Shown here one piece after another: positions 8,698-17,732 of a stretch of DNA of 64,000 nt. A program made the translations under genes and the position numbers. The stretch lies in contig CAYTEK010000002.1 in the NCBI GenBank assembly GCA_964436715.1, positions 4,282 to 68,281 of the forward strand, in the 5' to 3' direction. This stretch comes from an uncultured Verrucomicrobiota bacterium (GTDB taxonomy: Bacteria > Verrucomicrobiota > Kiritimatiellia > CAIQIC01 > Lenti-01). Positions within the stretch are counted from its first letter, which is position 1, and each line of letters starts with the position of its first letter. Below the pieces are notes generated by a model. It searched no databases and had not been told where the DNA came from. It saw only the letters and a program-made list of their open reading frames with translations.

Positions 8698-9560
8698 TGG
8701 ACCCGGCGCCCTTCTATGATCTTCTGGCCCGCCTCCTGCCGTTCGAGGTCCTGCAGGCGCGCTTCATGCAACAGGCCTTGCTCGGCCTGCTGCTCGTCGC
8801 CCCCATGGCCGCCGCCATGGGCGTCCAGGTCATCAATTTCCGGATGGCGTTCTTCGCGGACGCCATCGGCCATTCCGCCTTCGCGGGCGTGGCGCTGGGC
8901 TTGATCTTCGCGGTGAGCCCGTCCTGGACCATGCCGCTCTTCGGCCTGGCCGTGGGGCTCGCCATCATGCTCCTGCAGCGGCGCAGCTCGTTGTCCACCG
9001 ACACGGTGATCGGCGTGGTCTTCGCCGCCGTCATGGCGTTCGGCTTGGCGATGGTGAGCCGCGACCGCGGCGTGGCCCGCGATTTGCAGCGGTTCCTCTA
9101 CGGCGACATCCTGACGATCACGGAGCCCGAATTGCTTGGCCTGGGCTTGCTGTTCCTCGCGGTCATGGCCTTCCAAGCCTGGGGCTACAACCGCCTGCTC
9201 TACGTCAGCCTGAATCCCGTGGTGGCCAGCGTCCACCGGGTGCCGGTCGCCACGTGCCAATATCTGTTCGCCGGCCTGCTGGCGCTGGTGGTCATGTTTT
9301 CGGTATGGGCGGTGGGCGTGCTGCTCGTCACCGCGCTGTTGATCGTGCCCGCGGCGGCGGCGCGCAATTTCGCGCGCTCGGCGGGCAGCATGTTCTGGTG
9401 GAGCCTGCTGATCAGCATCACGGCGGCCATCGCCGGCCTGCTGGTTTCCGCGCAGGATTGGGCCCGCGCCGCCACCGGCCCGACGGTCGTCCTGTGCGGC
9501 TTCGTCTGGTTCCTCGCCAGCCAGGTCGTGGCGACGCTCCGGCGCCGGGGCGCGCGATGA
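8697..9560 (+). CDS. znuB: Zinc/metal ABC transporter permease (ZnuB-like)
   Basis: ATGA overlap with znuC. A multi-TM protein, 'FEVLQARFMQQALLGLLLV...', of the ABC-3 family. Confidence 0.85.
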   Translation: MDPAPFYDLLARLLPFEVLQARFMQQALLGLLLVAPMAAAMGVQVINFRMAFFADAIGHSAFAGVALGLIFAVSPSWTMPLFGLAVGLAIMLLQRRSSLSTDTVIGVVFAAVMAFGLAMVSRDRGVARDLQRFLYGDILTITEPELLGLGLLFLAVMAFQAWGYNRLLYVSLNPVVASVHRVPVATCQYLFAGLLALVVMFSVWAVGVLLVTALLIVPAAAARNFARSAGSMFWWSLLISITAAIAGLLVSAQDWARAATGPTVVLCGFVWFLASQVVATLRRRGAR

Positions 9561-10648
9561 ACGCGTCCGGTCGGCCGATCCTCACCAATGCCTGGGGCGA
9601 CGAGATCCTGCCGCCGGCGCCGGCGCGATCCATTCCGTGGAAAAACGTCCTGATCGCGCTGCTGGTGGCGGCCGGCTGGGCGCTGCCGCTCTTTTGGGGC
9701 GACCAGGCCGGGGTGCGGACGTTCGCGTTGGTGTTCGGCAGCATCGTGCTGGAGGCGCTGCCGTTCATGCTGGTGGGTTCGCTCATCGGCGGGCTCATCG
9801 AAGTCTTCGTCAGCCGCGAGCGCCTGACGCGTCATTTGCCGCGGGGACCGCTGGCGCTGACCTGTGCGGCGGCGCTGCTGGGGCTGGTTCTGCCGGTCTG
9901 CGAATGCGCGGTCGTGCCCGTGGTGCGGCGGCTGACGCGCAAGGGGCTGCCGCTGTCCGCCGCGGTCGCCTACCTGCTCGGCGGCCCCATCGTAAACCCG
10001 ATCGTGGGCGCCTCCACCTTCCTGGCCTACGCGGGCGAATGGCGCATCGTGGCCCTGCGCCTCGGCGCCGGCTACGCCATCGCCGTCGGCGTCGGCTGGC
10101 TCATGGGCCGCCTGTTCGCCCGCCGCCCGGCCTTGCTGGCGGATCGCGCCGGCCACGGCCATGCCGCCGGTTGCGGCTGCGGCTGCGGCCATGACCATGC
10201 GCATGAACAGGGCCACGGCGGCCACGGCCTCGGCGCCCGCCTGGGCGCGGCGCTGCGCCATGCCTCGGACGACTTCACCGCCGTGGCGCACTACCTGATC
10301 CTCGGCGCCGCCATCGCCGCCTTCGCGCAAACCGTGGTCGAGCGCCGCGCCGTGCTGGAACTCGCCGCGATCCCGTTCCTGCCCGCCGCCGCCATGATGG
10401 CGCTGGCCATCCTGCTGAATCTCTGCTCGGAAGCGGATGCGTTCATCGGCGCCTCGTTCCGCGGCCTGGTGCCGCTCCACGCCCAGATGGCGTTCCTGCT
10501 CACGGGGCCCATGTTCGATTTGAAATTGCTGTTGATGTACCGGACGCTCTTCACCCGCCGCGCCATCGCGGCGCTATCGGTCTTGATTCTGCTGGCCGTA
10601 TCCCTGGCGGTCGGCGCAATCGAACTGGCCGGAAAGGCGGGGTTGTGA
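9557..10648 (+). CDS. COG0701/DUF318 family permease with cytoplasmic His/Cys-rich loop
   Basis: ATGA overlap with znuB. Has the family hallmark 'LPVCECAVVPV' and the loop 'GHGHAAGCGCGCGHDHAHEQGHGGHG'. Confidence 0.7.
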   Translation: MNASGRPILTNAWGDEILPPAPARSIPWKNVLIALLVAAGWALPLFWGDQAGVRTFALVFGSIVLEALPFMLVGSLIGGLIEVFVSRERLTRHLPRGPLALTCAAALLGLVLPVCECAVVPVVRRLTRKGLPLSAAVAYLLGGPIVNPIVGASTFLAYAGEWRIVALRLGAGYAIAVGVGWLMGRLFARRPALLADRAGHGHAAGCGCGCGHDHAHEQGHGGHGLGARLGAALRHASDDFTAVAHYLILGAAIAAFAQTVVERRAVLELAAIPFLPAAAMMALAILLNLCSEADAFIGASFRGLVPLHAQMAFLLTGPMFDLKLLLMYRTLFTRRAIAALSVLILLAVSLAVGAIELAGKAGL

Positions 10649-11373
10649 ACGCCATCCGTTTCTATCTCGGGCGCTACGGCCGGCCCCTGCTGTATCTGGC
10701 GTGGTTCATCGCGTTGGCCGGACTGCTGCCCGGCGGCGCCTACGAGGCTTTTCTCCGCCCCGAATTCGGCGTCTTGCTGGGCGCGGCGGTCGTGGTCCTG
10801 CTGGGATTCCTCGCGGTGGACATGGGCCGGCCGCCCACGCCGCCGAAACCCATCTTCGGCGAAACCATCCACATCTTGATCCTGGCGCTGCCTCTCGCCT
10901 ATTTGTCCATCGGGCGCGGCGTCGCGCTGGATTCGGACGCGTTTGCCAAGCGCTGGACGGGGACGACCGCCGGCGGCAACGCCATCGCCGCCGGCGCACC
11001 ACAAGCCGCCCCCGCCGCCTCGGAAACCGCGGCCCGCGAGGCGGACCTGGTGGGCCTGTGCTGGAATTCCGACGCGTACGAAGGCCAGACCGTCGCCGTG
11101 GAAGGCATGCTCCGCCACGAACCGGACGTCGCGGCGCGCTACGGCGGCAACGGCTGGCTGCTCTACCGATTCGTCATTTCCTGCTGCGCCGCAGACGCCC
11201 AGCCCGCGGCGGTCATGCTGACGGGCGAGATGGCGACGAACTGGACCAACGACGCCTGGGTGCGCGCCACGGGTCGGTTCACGCTGCGCCCCGACGAGCC
11301 CCGGCCGGTGCCGATCCTGGAACTGGGCGCGCTCGCGCCCATGAAGAAACCCCGCAACCCTTATCTGTACTAG
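10645..11373 (+). CDS. TIGR03943/DUF1980 family protein (usual partner of the COG0701 permease)
   Basis: GTGA overlap with the upstream gene. Two N-terminal TM helices and a C-terminal soluble domain containing 'RFVISCCAADAQP'. Confidence 0.6.
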   Translation: MNAIRFYLGRYGRPLLYLAWFIALAGLLPGGAYEAFLRPEFGVLLGAAVVVLLGFLAVDMGRPPTPPKPIFGETIHILILALPLAYLSIGRGVALDSDAFAKRWTGTTAGGNAIAAGAPQAAPAASETAAREADLVGLCWNSDAYEGQTVAVEGMLRHEPDVAARYGGNGWLLYRFVISCCAADAQPAAVMLTGEMATNWTNDAWVRATGRFTLRPDEPRPVPILELGALAPMKKPRNPYLY

Positions 11374-11484
11374 CCCGATGCCCATGCGTCTCCATCTCCG
11401 GTTGCGACAGTGCGTGCCGCATGCCGTCTGCATTTTTTGCCTGCTGCGTCCGCTGTGGGGTTGGATGGACCGGGAGGCCGAGGA

Positions 11485-11521
11485 GCCGTCCTCCAACTCG
11501 GCAGCGATGCGGGAGGACGGC
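11485..11521 (+). promoter_or_regulatory. Stable 10-bp GC hairpin in the 236-nt leader of the second ABC transporter (not followed by a U-tract)
   Basis: GCCGTCCTCC (17-nt loop) GGAGGACGGC, read directly. Function unknown. Confidence 0.3.
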
Positions 11522-11609
11522 GAGCCATCGAAGCGGGAGACCAACGTGCTGGGCGACATGCTGTCCCCGAAGGTGTCGCCCGCAGCAGCGCAAGCGCGAG
11601 GAGCGGCCA

Positions 11610-12323
11610 ATGAATGACCCGGTCATCGTGTGCGAGCACGTTGCCGTTTCGTACGGGCGGCAGGAGGTGGTGAGCGACGCCTGCTTGCAGGTGCCGCGCG
11701 GCGCGCTGCTGCCGTTCGTAGGGCCGAACGGCGCGGGCAAGACGACCTTGCTGCGCGCCATCCTCGGCTTGCTCCGGCCCTGCGCCGGCGAGATCCGCAC
11801 GCCGTTCGCGGAAAAACCCGCCGGCTACGTGCCCCAGCAGAAAAACGTCGATCCGCTCTATCCGGTTTCCACGCGCCAGATCGTGGCGATGGGGCTCTAT
11901 CCCGAGTTGGGCGCCTGGAAGCGTCCGAACCCGGAACAACGGCAACGCCTGGAGGCGGCGCTGGTCCGCCTGGACCTGCAAAACCACCAGCGCAAGACGT
12001 TCGGCGAACTGTCCGGCGGCATGAAGCAGAAAGCGCTGCTGGCGCGCGCGCTGGTCAGCGGCGCCGAGGTGTTCGTGCTGGACGAACCCACCTCCGAACT
12101 CGACGAGGAGACCGAACGCGACGTGCTGGGGCAGCTCGTCGCGCTCGCGCGCGACGAGGGCAAGACCGTCCTGCTGGCGCACCACGGCCTCGACCAGGCC
12201 GCCGCCCTGGCCGACCGGGTGTGCGTCGTGCACCACGGCCGCGTCCACCTGGAATCGATCCCCGCGGCCCGCGAACGCCTGGCCGGCACCGGCAGCGCAA
12301 GCGGAGGACGGCGACATGATTGA
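11610..12323 (+). CDS. Metal ABC transporter ATP-binding protein (second ZnuC/MntB-like copy)
   Basis: RBS GAGGAGCGGCC. 'GPNGAGKTTLLRAILG', 'LSGGMKQKALLARAL', 'VFVLDEPTSELD'. Confidence 0.8.
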   Translation: MNDPVIVCEHVAVSYGRQEVVSDACLQVPRGALLPFVGPNGAGKTTLLRAILGLLRPCAGEIRTPFAEKPAGYVPQQKNVDPLYPVSTRQIVAMGLYPELGAWKRPNPEQRQRLEAALVRLDLQNHQRKTFGELSGGMKQKALLARALVSGAEVFVLDEPTSELDEETERDVLGQLVALARDEGKTVLLAHHGLDQAAALADRVCVVHHGRVHLESIPAARERLAGTGSASGGRRHD

Positions 12324-13128
12324 AACGGTCGCGACGCTGGTTTCGACGTTCCCCGAAGCGATCGCGGCGGGCCTGCTGGTCGGCAGCGCCTGCGCGCTGC
12401 TGGGCGTTTTCGTGATCCTCAAGCGCGTCGTGTTCATCGGCATGGCGCTGTCGGAAATCGCCGCGTGCGGCATCGCGGGCGCATTGCTGGCGGGCCTGCC
12501 GCCGCTCCTCGGCGCGATCGCCCTGACGCTGGGCGCGGTGGCCTTGCTGGCCGGCCCCTACGAGAGCCGCCGCCTTCCGCGCGACGCGCTGCTGGGCCTC
12601 CTGTTCGTCGCCGCCGCCAGCCTCAGCGTCCTGCTCGTGGCCGGCAGCGGCCTGGGGCTGGCCGAAATCAAATCCCTGCTCTACGGCGACCTGATCCTCG
12701 CCTCGCGCGCCGATCTGCGGCTGCTGGGCGCGATCCTGGTGCCGACGATCGCCATCCTGCTGGCGTTCCTGCGCCCGCTGCTGTACGCCTTTCTCGACCG
12801 CGAAGCCGCCACCGTGCTCCGCGTGCGGCCCGCGCGCCTGGAAATGCTGTTTTTCCTGCTGCTCGGACTCGTGGTGGCCACGGCTTCGAAAACCGCCGGC
12901 TCGCTGCTCGTCTTCTGCTATCTGATCGTGCCGCCCGCCACCGCGCTGCTGCTGACGAAACGCCTCGGTTTCGCCTTGGTCCTGGCCGCCGCGCTGGCCG
13001 CCGCGGCCACGCTGGTGGGTCTCGCGGTCTCCTTCCTGGCCGACTGGCCGACGAATCCGACGATCTGCGCCGCGGCTTGCGCCCTGCTTCTGCTGGCGCT
13101 GCCGGCGGCGTTGCGGCGCAACCGCTGA
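12316..13128 (+). CDS. Metal ABC transporter permease (ABC-3 family, second copy)
   Basis: Overlaps the ATPase stop. Multi-TM ABC-3 permease: 'LLYGDLILASRADL', 'LLVFCYLIVPPATALLLTKRL'. Confidence 0.8.
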   Translation: MIETVATLVSTFPEAIAAGLLVGSACALLGVFVILKRVVFIGMALSEIAACGIAGALLAGLPPLLGAIALTLGAVALLAGPYESRRLPRDALLGLLFVAAASLSVLLVAGSGLGLAEIKSLLYGDLILASRADLRLLGAILVPTIAILLAFLRPLLYAFLDREAATVLRVRPARLEMLFFLLLGLVVATASKTAGSLLVFCYLIVPPATALLLTKRLGFALVLAAALAAAATLVGLAVSFLADWPTNPTICAAACALLLLALPAALRRNR

Positions 13129-13180
13129 ATCCGGCTCCCCGCGGCTTTCTGCTTTCCAGCCCGGCGCGGGTTCTGCTTAG

Positions 13181-13981
13181 ATGGCGGCCGTGATCATCGA
13201 TTTCCACACCCACGCCTTCGAGGACAGCCTGGCCGCCAAGGCCATTCCGTTCCTCGAAAACGAAGGCAACATCAAGGCCTTCACCGACGGCCGCGCGTCC
13301 GGCCTGTTGGCCTCGATGGACCGCGCCGGCATCGCACGGTCCGTCGTTTGCCCCATCGCGACGAAACCGTCGCATTTCGACGGCATCCGCCGCTGGGCGC
13401 GCGACGTCCGCGCAACCCAGCCGCGGCTTGAAATGCTGCTTTCGATCCATCCCGACGATCCCGACGCGCTCGCGCACGCCGACGAAACCGCGGCCGAAGG
13501 CTTCAAGGGCGTCAAGCTGCACCCCTACTACCAGCGGTTCACGATCGACGACGAACGGATGTTCCCCCTCTACGAGCGCCTCGCCGCGCGCGGGCTGTTC
13601 GCCGTCTTCCATACCGGCTTCGACATGGCCTATCCGTTCGACCGCGTCGCCGATCCCGTCCGCGTGCGGCGCGTCATCGACGTTTTCCCGACGTTGAAAT
13701 TCGTCGCCACGCACCTCGGCGGCTGGCGCGACTGGGAGGAATCCCGGAAACACCTGATCGGCCAGCCCGTTTTCATCGAGACGTCGTATTGCCTGCACGA
13801 AATGCCGGCGGCCGAAGCGCGGGCGATGATCCTCGCGCATCCCGCCGACCGCATCCTGTTCGGCACCGACAGCCCCTGGAGCGACCAGGCCGCCGAGCTC
13901 GCGCGCTGGCGCGCCCTCGGCCTGCCGGAGGATCTCCTCGCCGCCGGGCTCGGCGGCAACGCCGCGCGCCTGCTGGCCTAG
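13181..13981 (+). CDS. Amidohydrolase-2 family TIM-barrel metal-dependent hydrolase
   Basis: 'IIDFHTHAF', 'KGVKLHP', 'FHTG', 'LFGTDSPW' are the usual amidohydrolase_2 motifs. Confidence 0.7.
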   Translation: MAAVIIDFHTHAFEDSLAAKAIPFLENEGNIKAFTDGRASGLLASMDRAGIARSVVCPIATKPSHFDGIRRWARDVRATQPRLEMLLSIHPDDPDALAHADETAAEGFKGVKLHPYYQRFTIDDERMFPLYERLAARGLFAVFHTGFDMAYPFDRVADPVRVRRVIDVFPTLKFVATHLGGWRDWEESRKHLIGQPVFIETSYCLHEMPAAEARAMILAHPADRILFGTDSPWSDQAAELARWRALGLPEDLLAAGLGGNAARLLA

Positions 13982-14055
13982 CGCGTCGCGGCTACGTCAT
14001 GTTCATCTGGATATAACGGCGTTGACATCGTCGTGTCTTTGCATACATTACGGCC

Positions 14056-14892
14056 ATGCGTGGCAGCGTCCATCCGCCCATCGCGCCGACGGCCGCGACA
14101 TCCTCTCCGTCCGCGCAGGCGGACGGAGCCGCCGCGTTTTCCCTGATCGAACTGATCGCCGTCGTCGCGGGCCTGTGCCTGCTGGCGGCCCTCTTGATTC
14201 CCCTGCTCCGCAAGGGCCTCGACCTGGCCCAGGAAGCCGCCTGCAAATCCAACCTGCGCAATTGGGGCGTTGCGGCCCTCGCCTACGCTTCGGAGCACCA
14301 AGGCTATCTGCCTCATCCCGACGGCCCGGAACGCGCGCCCCAAGGCTCCGACAACGGCGAATACGGTTGGATGGACGTGCTGCCGCCCTATCTGGGCCTC
14401 GCGCCGTGGCGGGACATCCCCGAAGGCCACAAGCCGACCGGCGGCGTCTGGCAATGTCCCGCCGCGCGCCTGATCCCCGGCGCCCACTACAGCTATGCGC
14501 CCGAACGCCAAGGCTATTTCAGCTATGCGATGAATTCCTATCTCGCGCACGATTTCAATTTCGGCCTGCCGTGGAACGTCAGCCCCCAGTCCAGTTTTCT
14601 CTTCATGGGCCGCGCCGTCGCGCCGGCCACCACCATCCTCATGTTCGAACAGACGCTCGACCCCGACAAGGGCTACGACCAGGCCGGCGGCCTCGGCACG
14701 GCCGGATGCTACGGCGCCGAAGACGCGCGCGCCGTCACCGAGCGCCACGCCCACACGTTCGGCGGCATGGGCGGCAACGTGGTGTACCTCGACGGCCACG
14801 TCGCCTGGCGCAACGATCTGTGGGACGATCAATTGAAGAATCCACGCATGCCCCAGCGGGGAGACCTGACCTGGTTTCCCTATCCATACTGA
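14056..14892 (+). CDS. Prepilin-type N-terminal cleavage/methylation domain protein with DUF1559-like C-terminus
   Basis: 'AFSLIELIAVVAGLCLLAALLIPLL' is a pilin-like N-terminus. C-terminal '...HTFGGMGGNVVYLDGHVAW' is the H-Xn-DG-type motif common in Verrucomicrobia/Planctomycetes. Confidence 0.7.
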   Translation: MRGSVHPPIAPTAATSSPSAQADGAAAFSLIELIAVVAGLCLLAALLIPLLRKGLDLAQEAACKSNLRNWGVAALAYASEHQGYLPHPDGPERAPQGSDNGEYGWMDVLPPYLGLAPWRDIPEGHKPTGGVWQCPAARLIPGAHYSYAPERQGYFSYAMNSYLAHDFNFGLPWNVSPQSSFLFMGRAVAPATTILMFEQTLDPDKGYDQAGGLGTAGCYGAEDARAVTERHAHTFGGMGGNVVYLDGHVAWRNDLWDDQLKNPRMPQRGDLTWFPYPY

Positions 14893-14906
14893 CCAGGAGT
14901 CCGACC

Positions 14907-16412
14907 ATGAATGCCTTCCCCTTCCGATCCTTCTTCCTGCGCGCGGCGACCGTCGCCGCTTGGCTCGCGCTCGGCGGCGCCGCGCGCGCGGCGGAGGTCG
15001 TGCTGGCCATCGACGCCGACACCTATCTGGACAGCGCCGCCGCCAACGCCGACGCCAACTTCGGCGCCGCCACCTCGGTCAAGACGCTCATCAGCAGCAC
15101 CGACGGCTCCGCTTGCCGCAGCCTGTTTCGCCTGCCGCCGGAACTCGGCCTGTATCCAACGGCCAAACTGGCCAAGGTCGAGGTTTGTTTCTACGTCTTC
15201 AAGGATCAGACCAGCGGGCGCCACGTCACGCTGTATCCCCTGACCCGCCCCTTCGTCGAAGGCACCGGCAACGCCGACGGCGCCACGTGGCACACGGCCG
15301 ACGGCTCCAACGCCTGGACTTCCGCCGGCGGCGATTTCGACACCAATTTCCCCGTCGTCGGCACCTTGGGCGCGGGCAATTTCTTCCGCTGGGACGTCAC
15401 GCCCCTGCTGCTCGACGCCGGGGCGCGCGCAAACCTCCTCGACCACGGCGCGCTGCTGCAAATCGACGAACTGCCCCTGCCGACCAACGGCACGCCGCGC
15501 GCGCCGTTCACCAGCTCGGACGGTGCCGCCGCCGAACGGCCCTGCGTCCGGGTGACCGTCGCCGCGCCGCTGTCCTTCCCCATCGCGACGGACGCCTATC
15601 TGGACAGCCGCAGCGCGAACGTCGATCGCAACTACGGCGGGGCCACCACCGTCAAGGCGCTGATCAACTCCTCCGACGCCTCCGTCTGCCGCGGCCTCTT
15701 CCGGTTGCCGCCGGAACTGGAACTCTACGAACCCGAGGAAATCGCGGCGGCGAACGTCTATTTCTACGTCTGGCAGGACAACACCGCCGACCGCAACGTC
15801 ACGCTCTACCCGCTGACGCGCGATTTCGCCGAAGGTGCGGGCAACGGCGCCACGAACGTCGAAGGCGCGACGTGGCAGACGTGCGACGGCACCAACGCGT
15901 GGACCGCCCCCGGCGGCGATTACGACGCCGCCTTCCCCGTCGTCGGCGTGAAGGAAACCGTTCTCGATCCGGACCTGAACGACCGCTTCTTCCGGTGGGA
16001 CCTCGCGCCGCTGCTGGCCAACGAAACGGCGCGCTCCAACCTGCTGGCCCACGGCGCGCTGCTGATGATCGACGAAGAACCCGTGCCGGCCACCGGCATG
16101 CCGCGCGCGCCGTTCACCAGTTCGGACGACTTGGGTTACGCCCCCGCCTATCGGCCCCACCTCGACCTGCAGGTGATCCTGCGCACGCCGGCGGCCCCGC
16201 AAATCGTCGTCTCCAACGGCGTCGTGACCATGGATCTCGCCGGGTGCACCCCCTACGTCACCAACCGGATCGAGCGCACCTTCGACCTGGCGCAGACCAA
16301 CGGCTGGACGTGGGTCGCCGACCTCGTGACGACCGGCGCCGCCACCAATTGGGCGGAGACGCTGCCGGCGGAAGCGACCAACGCGTTCTACCGCGTGCGG
16401 ATCGCGGAATAG
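14907..16412 (+). CDS. Secreted protein with two ~200-aa tandem internal repeats (DNRLRE-like domain?), hypothetical
   Basis: Signal peptide 'MNAFPFRSFFLRAATVAAWLALGGAARAAE'. Repeat 1 '...DADTYLDSAAANADANFGAATSVKTLISSTDGSACRSLFRLPPELGLY...VTLYPLTRPFVEGTGN' recurs as '...TDAYLDSRSANVDRNYGGATTVKALINSSDASVCRGLFRLPPELELY...VTLYPLTRDFAEGAGN'. Confidence 0.6.
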   Translation: MNAFPFRSFFLRAATVAAWLALGGAARAAEVVLAIDADTYLDSAAANADANFGAATSVKTLISSTDGSACRSLFRLPPELGLYPTAKLAKVEVCFYVFKDQTSGRHVTLYPLTRPFVEGTGNADGATWHTADGSNAWTSAGGDFDTNFPVVGTLGAGNFFRWDVTPLLLDAGARANLLDHGALLQIDELPLPTNGTPRAPFTSSDGAAAERPCVRVTVAAPLSFPIATDAYLDSRSANVDRNYGGATTVKALINSSDASVCRGLFRLPPELELYEPEEIAAANVYFYVWQDNTADRNVTLYPLTRDFAEGAGNGATNVEGATWQTCDGTNAWTAPGGDYDAAFPVVGVKETVLDPDLNDRFFRWDLAPLLANETARSNLLAHGALLMIDEEPVPATGMPRAPFTSSDDLGYAPAYRPHLDLQVILRTPAAPQIVVSNGVVTMDLAGCTPYVTNRIERTFDLAQTNGWTWVADLVTTGAATNWAETLPAEATNAFYRVRIAE

Positions 16413-16413
16413 C

Positions 16414-16785
16414 CTACTTCAGCAGGCCGTGCAGGCGGCGCAATTCCTTGGCGCTGGCGGCCAAGCTCTGGGCATAGATGGCGCCGTACAGCGCCAAGAC
16501 CTGCTGGCCGGTCTTCGTCAGGTGCGAGCCGCCGCCTTGGCGGCCGCCCGTGCTGGATGCCACCAGCGGTTCGCGAAAGCAGGCGTTCAGCGCTTCGATG
16601 AGCTGCCAGGCGCGCTTGTAGCTCATCTTCATCTGCCGCGCGGCTTCGGTGATGGAATGCTTGTCGGCGATCAGTTCGAGCAGATGCGCCTTGCCGGGGC
16701 CGAGCGTCGCGCAGATGACGCGCAGATGCGCCTTCTTTTCCGGGGTGCCGAACTTCTTCTTCAACGTCTGTCGGGTCGTGCCCAT
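16414..16785 (-). CDS. Winged-helix transcriptional regulator, ModE N-terminal-domain-like
   Basis: 'ITEAARQMKMSYKRAWQLIEALNACFREPLVASSTGGRQGGGSHLTKTGQQVL' resembles the ModE/LysR-type HTH. ATG at 16785 chosen so the CDS does not overlap the tRNA; the ORF-track N-terminus would. Confidence 0.6.
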   Translation of the reverse strand: MGTTRQTLKKKFGTPEKKAHLRVICATLGPGKAHLLELIADKHSITEAARQMKMSYKRAWQLIEALNACFREPLVASSTGGRQGGGSHLTKTGQQVLALYGAIYAQSLAASAKELRRLHGLLK

Positions 16786-16824
16786 GCGCGCCAGTTCCTC
16801 GATCCTTGGGTTCCAAGAAAAAAG

Positions 16825-16901
16825 TGGTCGGGGCGACGAGATTTGAACTCGTGACCTTTTGCACCCCAAGCAAACGCGCTACCAGTCTGCGCTACGCCCC
16901 G
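16825..16901 (-). tRNA. tRNA-Pro (anticodon GGG)
   Basis: Minus-strand sequence CGGGGCG-TA-GCGC-AGACTGGTA-GCGC-G-TTTGC-TTGGGGT-GCAAA-AGGTC-ACGAG-TTCAAAT-CTCGT-CGCCCCG-A-CCA folds as a canonical cloverleaf. Confidence 0.85.
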
Positions 16902-16950
16902 ACCTGAGGCGATCAGCCTCGTCGGATGTATCATGGGGACGGCGGCGCCG

Positions 16951-17397
16951 TCAACGGCGGTTTTCCAGCGCGGCCGCCGCCGAACGCTTGTTGAGGGCGC
17001 GGATGTCCCGCAACCGCACGATGGTTTCCTTGCGGCGCACGGGAACCGCGCCCTTGGCGGATTCCCAATGAACCACCGTCGGCACGCTCACGTCGGCCAA
17101 CTTGCCGAATTCGGCCTGGGTCAGGCCCAAGCGCTTCCGCAGGGAACGCACGCCCTTGCCCGTGATCCAAAAACGCGAATTTTGCTCCGCGCCTTCCGCG
17201 GCGGCCGCGGGAGCGGCGAACCGGCCCTGGCTCAAGGCCTTCGTTTCCTTCTGCAAGGCCGCGATTTGGCGCCGCAGGTCGGCGATGAGCCCGCGATGGG
17301 CCGCGTTGATCCGCTGGACCGGCGCCAAGGCCTTCTTGACTTCCTTGCGGGCCAGACGGGAAATTTCCGCCTTCAGTTCTTTCATCACGTTGGACAT
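16951..17397 (-). CDS. XRE-family (Cro/C1-type HTH) transcriptional regulator with N-terminal coiled coil
   Basis: 'LRKRLGLTQAEFGKLADVSVPTVVHWESAKG' is an HTH_XRE motif. The N-terminus 'MSNVMKELKAEISRLARKE...' is heptad-rich. Confidence 0.6.
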   Translation of the reverse strand: MSNVMKELKAEISRLARKEVKKALAPVQRINAAHRGLIADLRRQIAALQKETKALSQGRFAAPAAAAEGAEQNSRFWITGKGVRSLRKRLGLTQAEFGKLADVSVPTVVHWESAKGAVPVRRKETIVRLRDIRALNKRSAAAALENRR

Positions 17398-17599
17398 GTC
17401 GCTACCTCGCTCGCTTCGGCGGCCGACCGGGGAAAACGCATCGTCCCGGCCTGATTTCCGCCGATTTCGATGCAATTTATTGAAAACGCGGGGGGCTGTC
17501 TAACGGAAAACTCGATTTTCTCGCGATTTCGGCGGCGGCCAGCGCCGGACCGGGTTGACAGTCCGCCCGGCCCCCGCTATCTTTTCCCCCGACTTGAAT

Positions 17600-17674
17600 G
17601 GCGCGGTAGCCAAGTGGTAAGGCAAGGGTCTGCAAAATCCTTATGCATCGGTTCGATCCCGATCCGCGCCTCCA
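17600..17674 (+). tRNA. tRNA-Cys (anticodon GCA)
   Basis: GGCGCGG-TA-GCC-AAGTGGTAA-GGC-A-AGGGT-CTGCAAA-ATCCT-TATGC-ATCGG-TTCGATC-CCGAT-CCGCGCC-T-CCA cloverleaf. Confidence 0.85.
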
Positions 17675-17732
17675 ATTTTCCGTTCAACGTCCTGCGCCGC
17701 AAGGCGCATTTTTCGCATAGGGAAGGTATCGC

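Noticed and set aside
11378-11617. 79-aa ORF in the leader of the second ABC transporter
   Set aside because: Poor coding character and no RBS. It runs into the ATPase start. More likely non-coding leader containing a hairpin.
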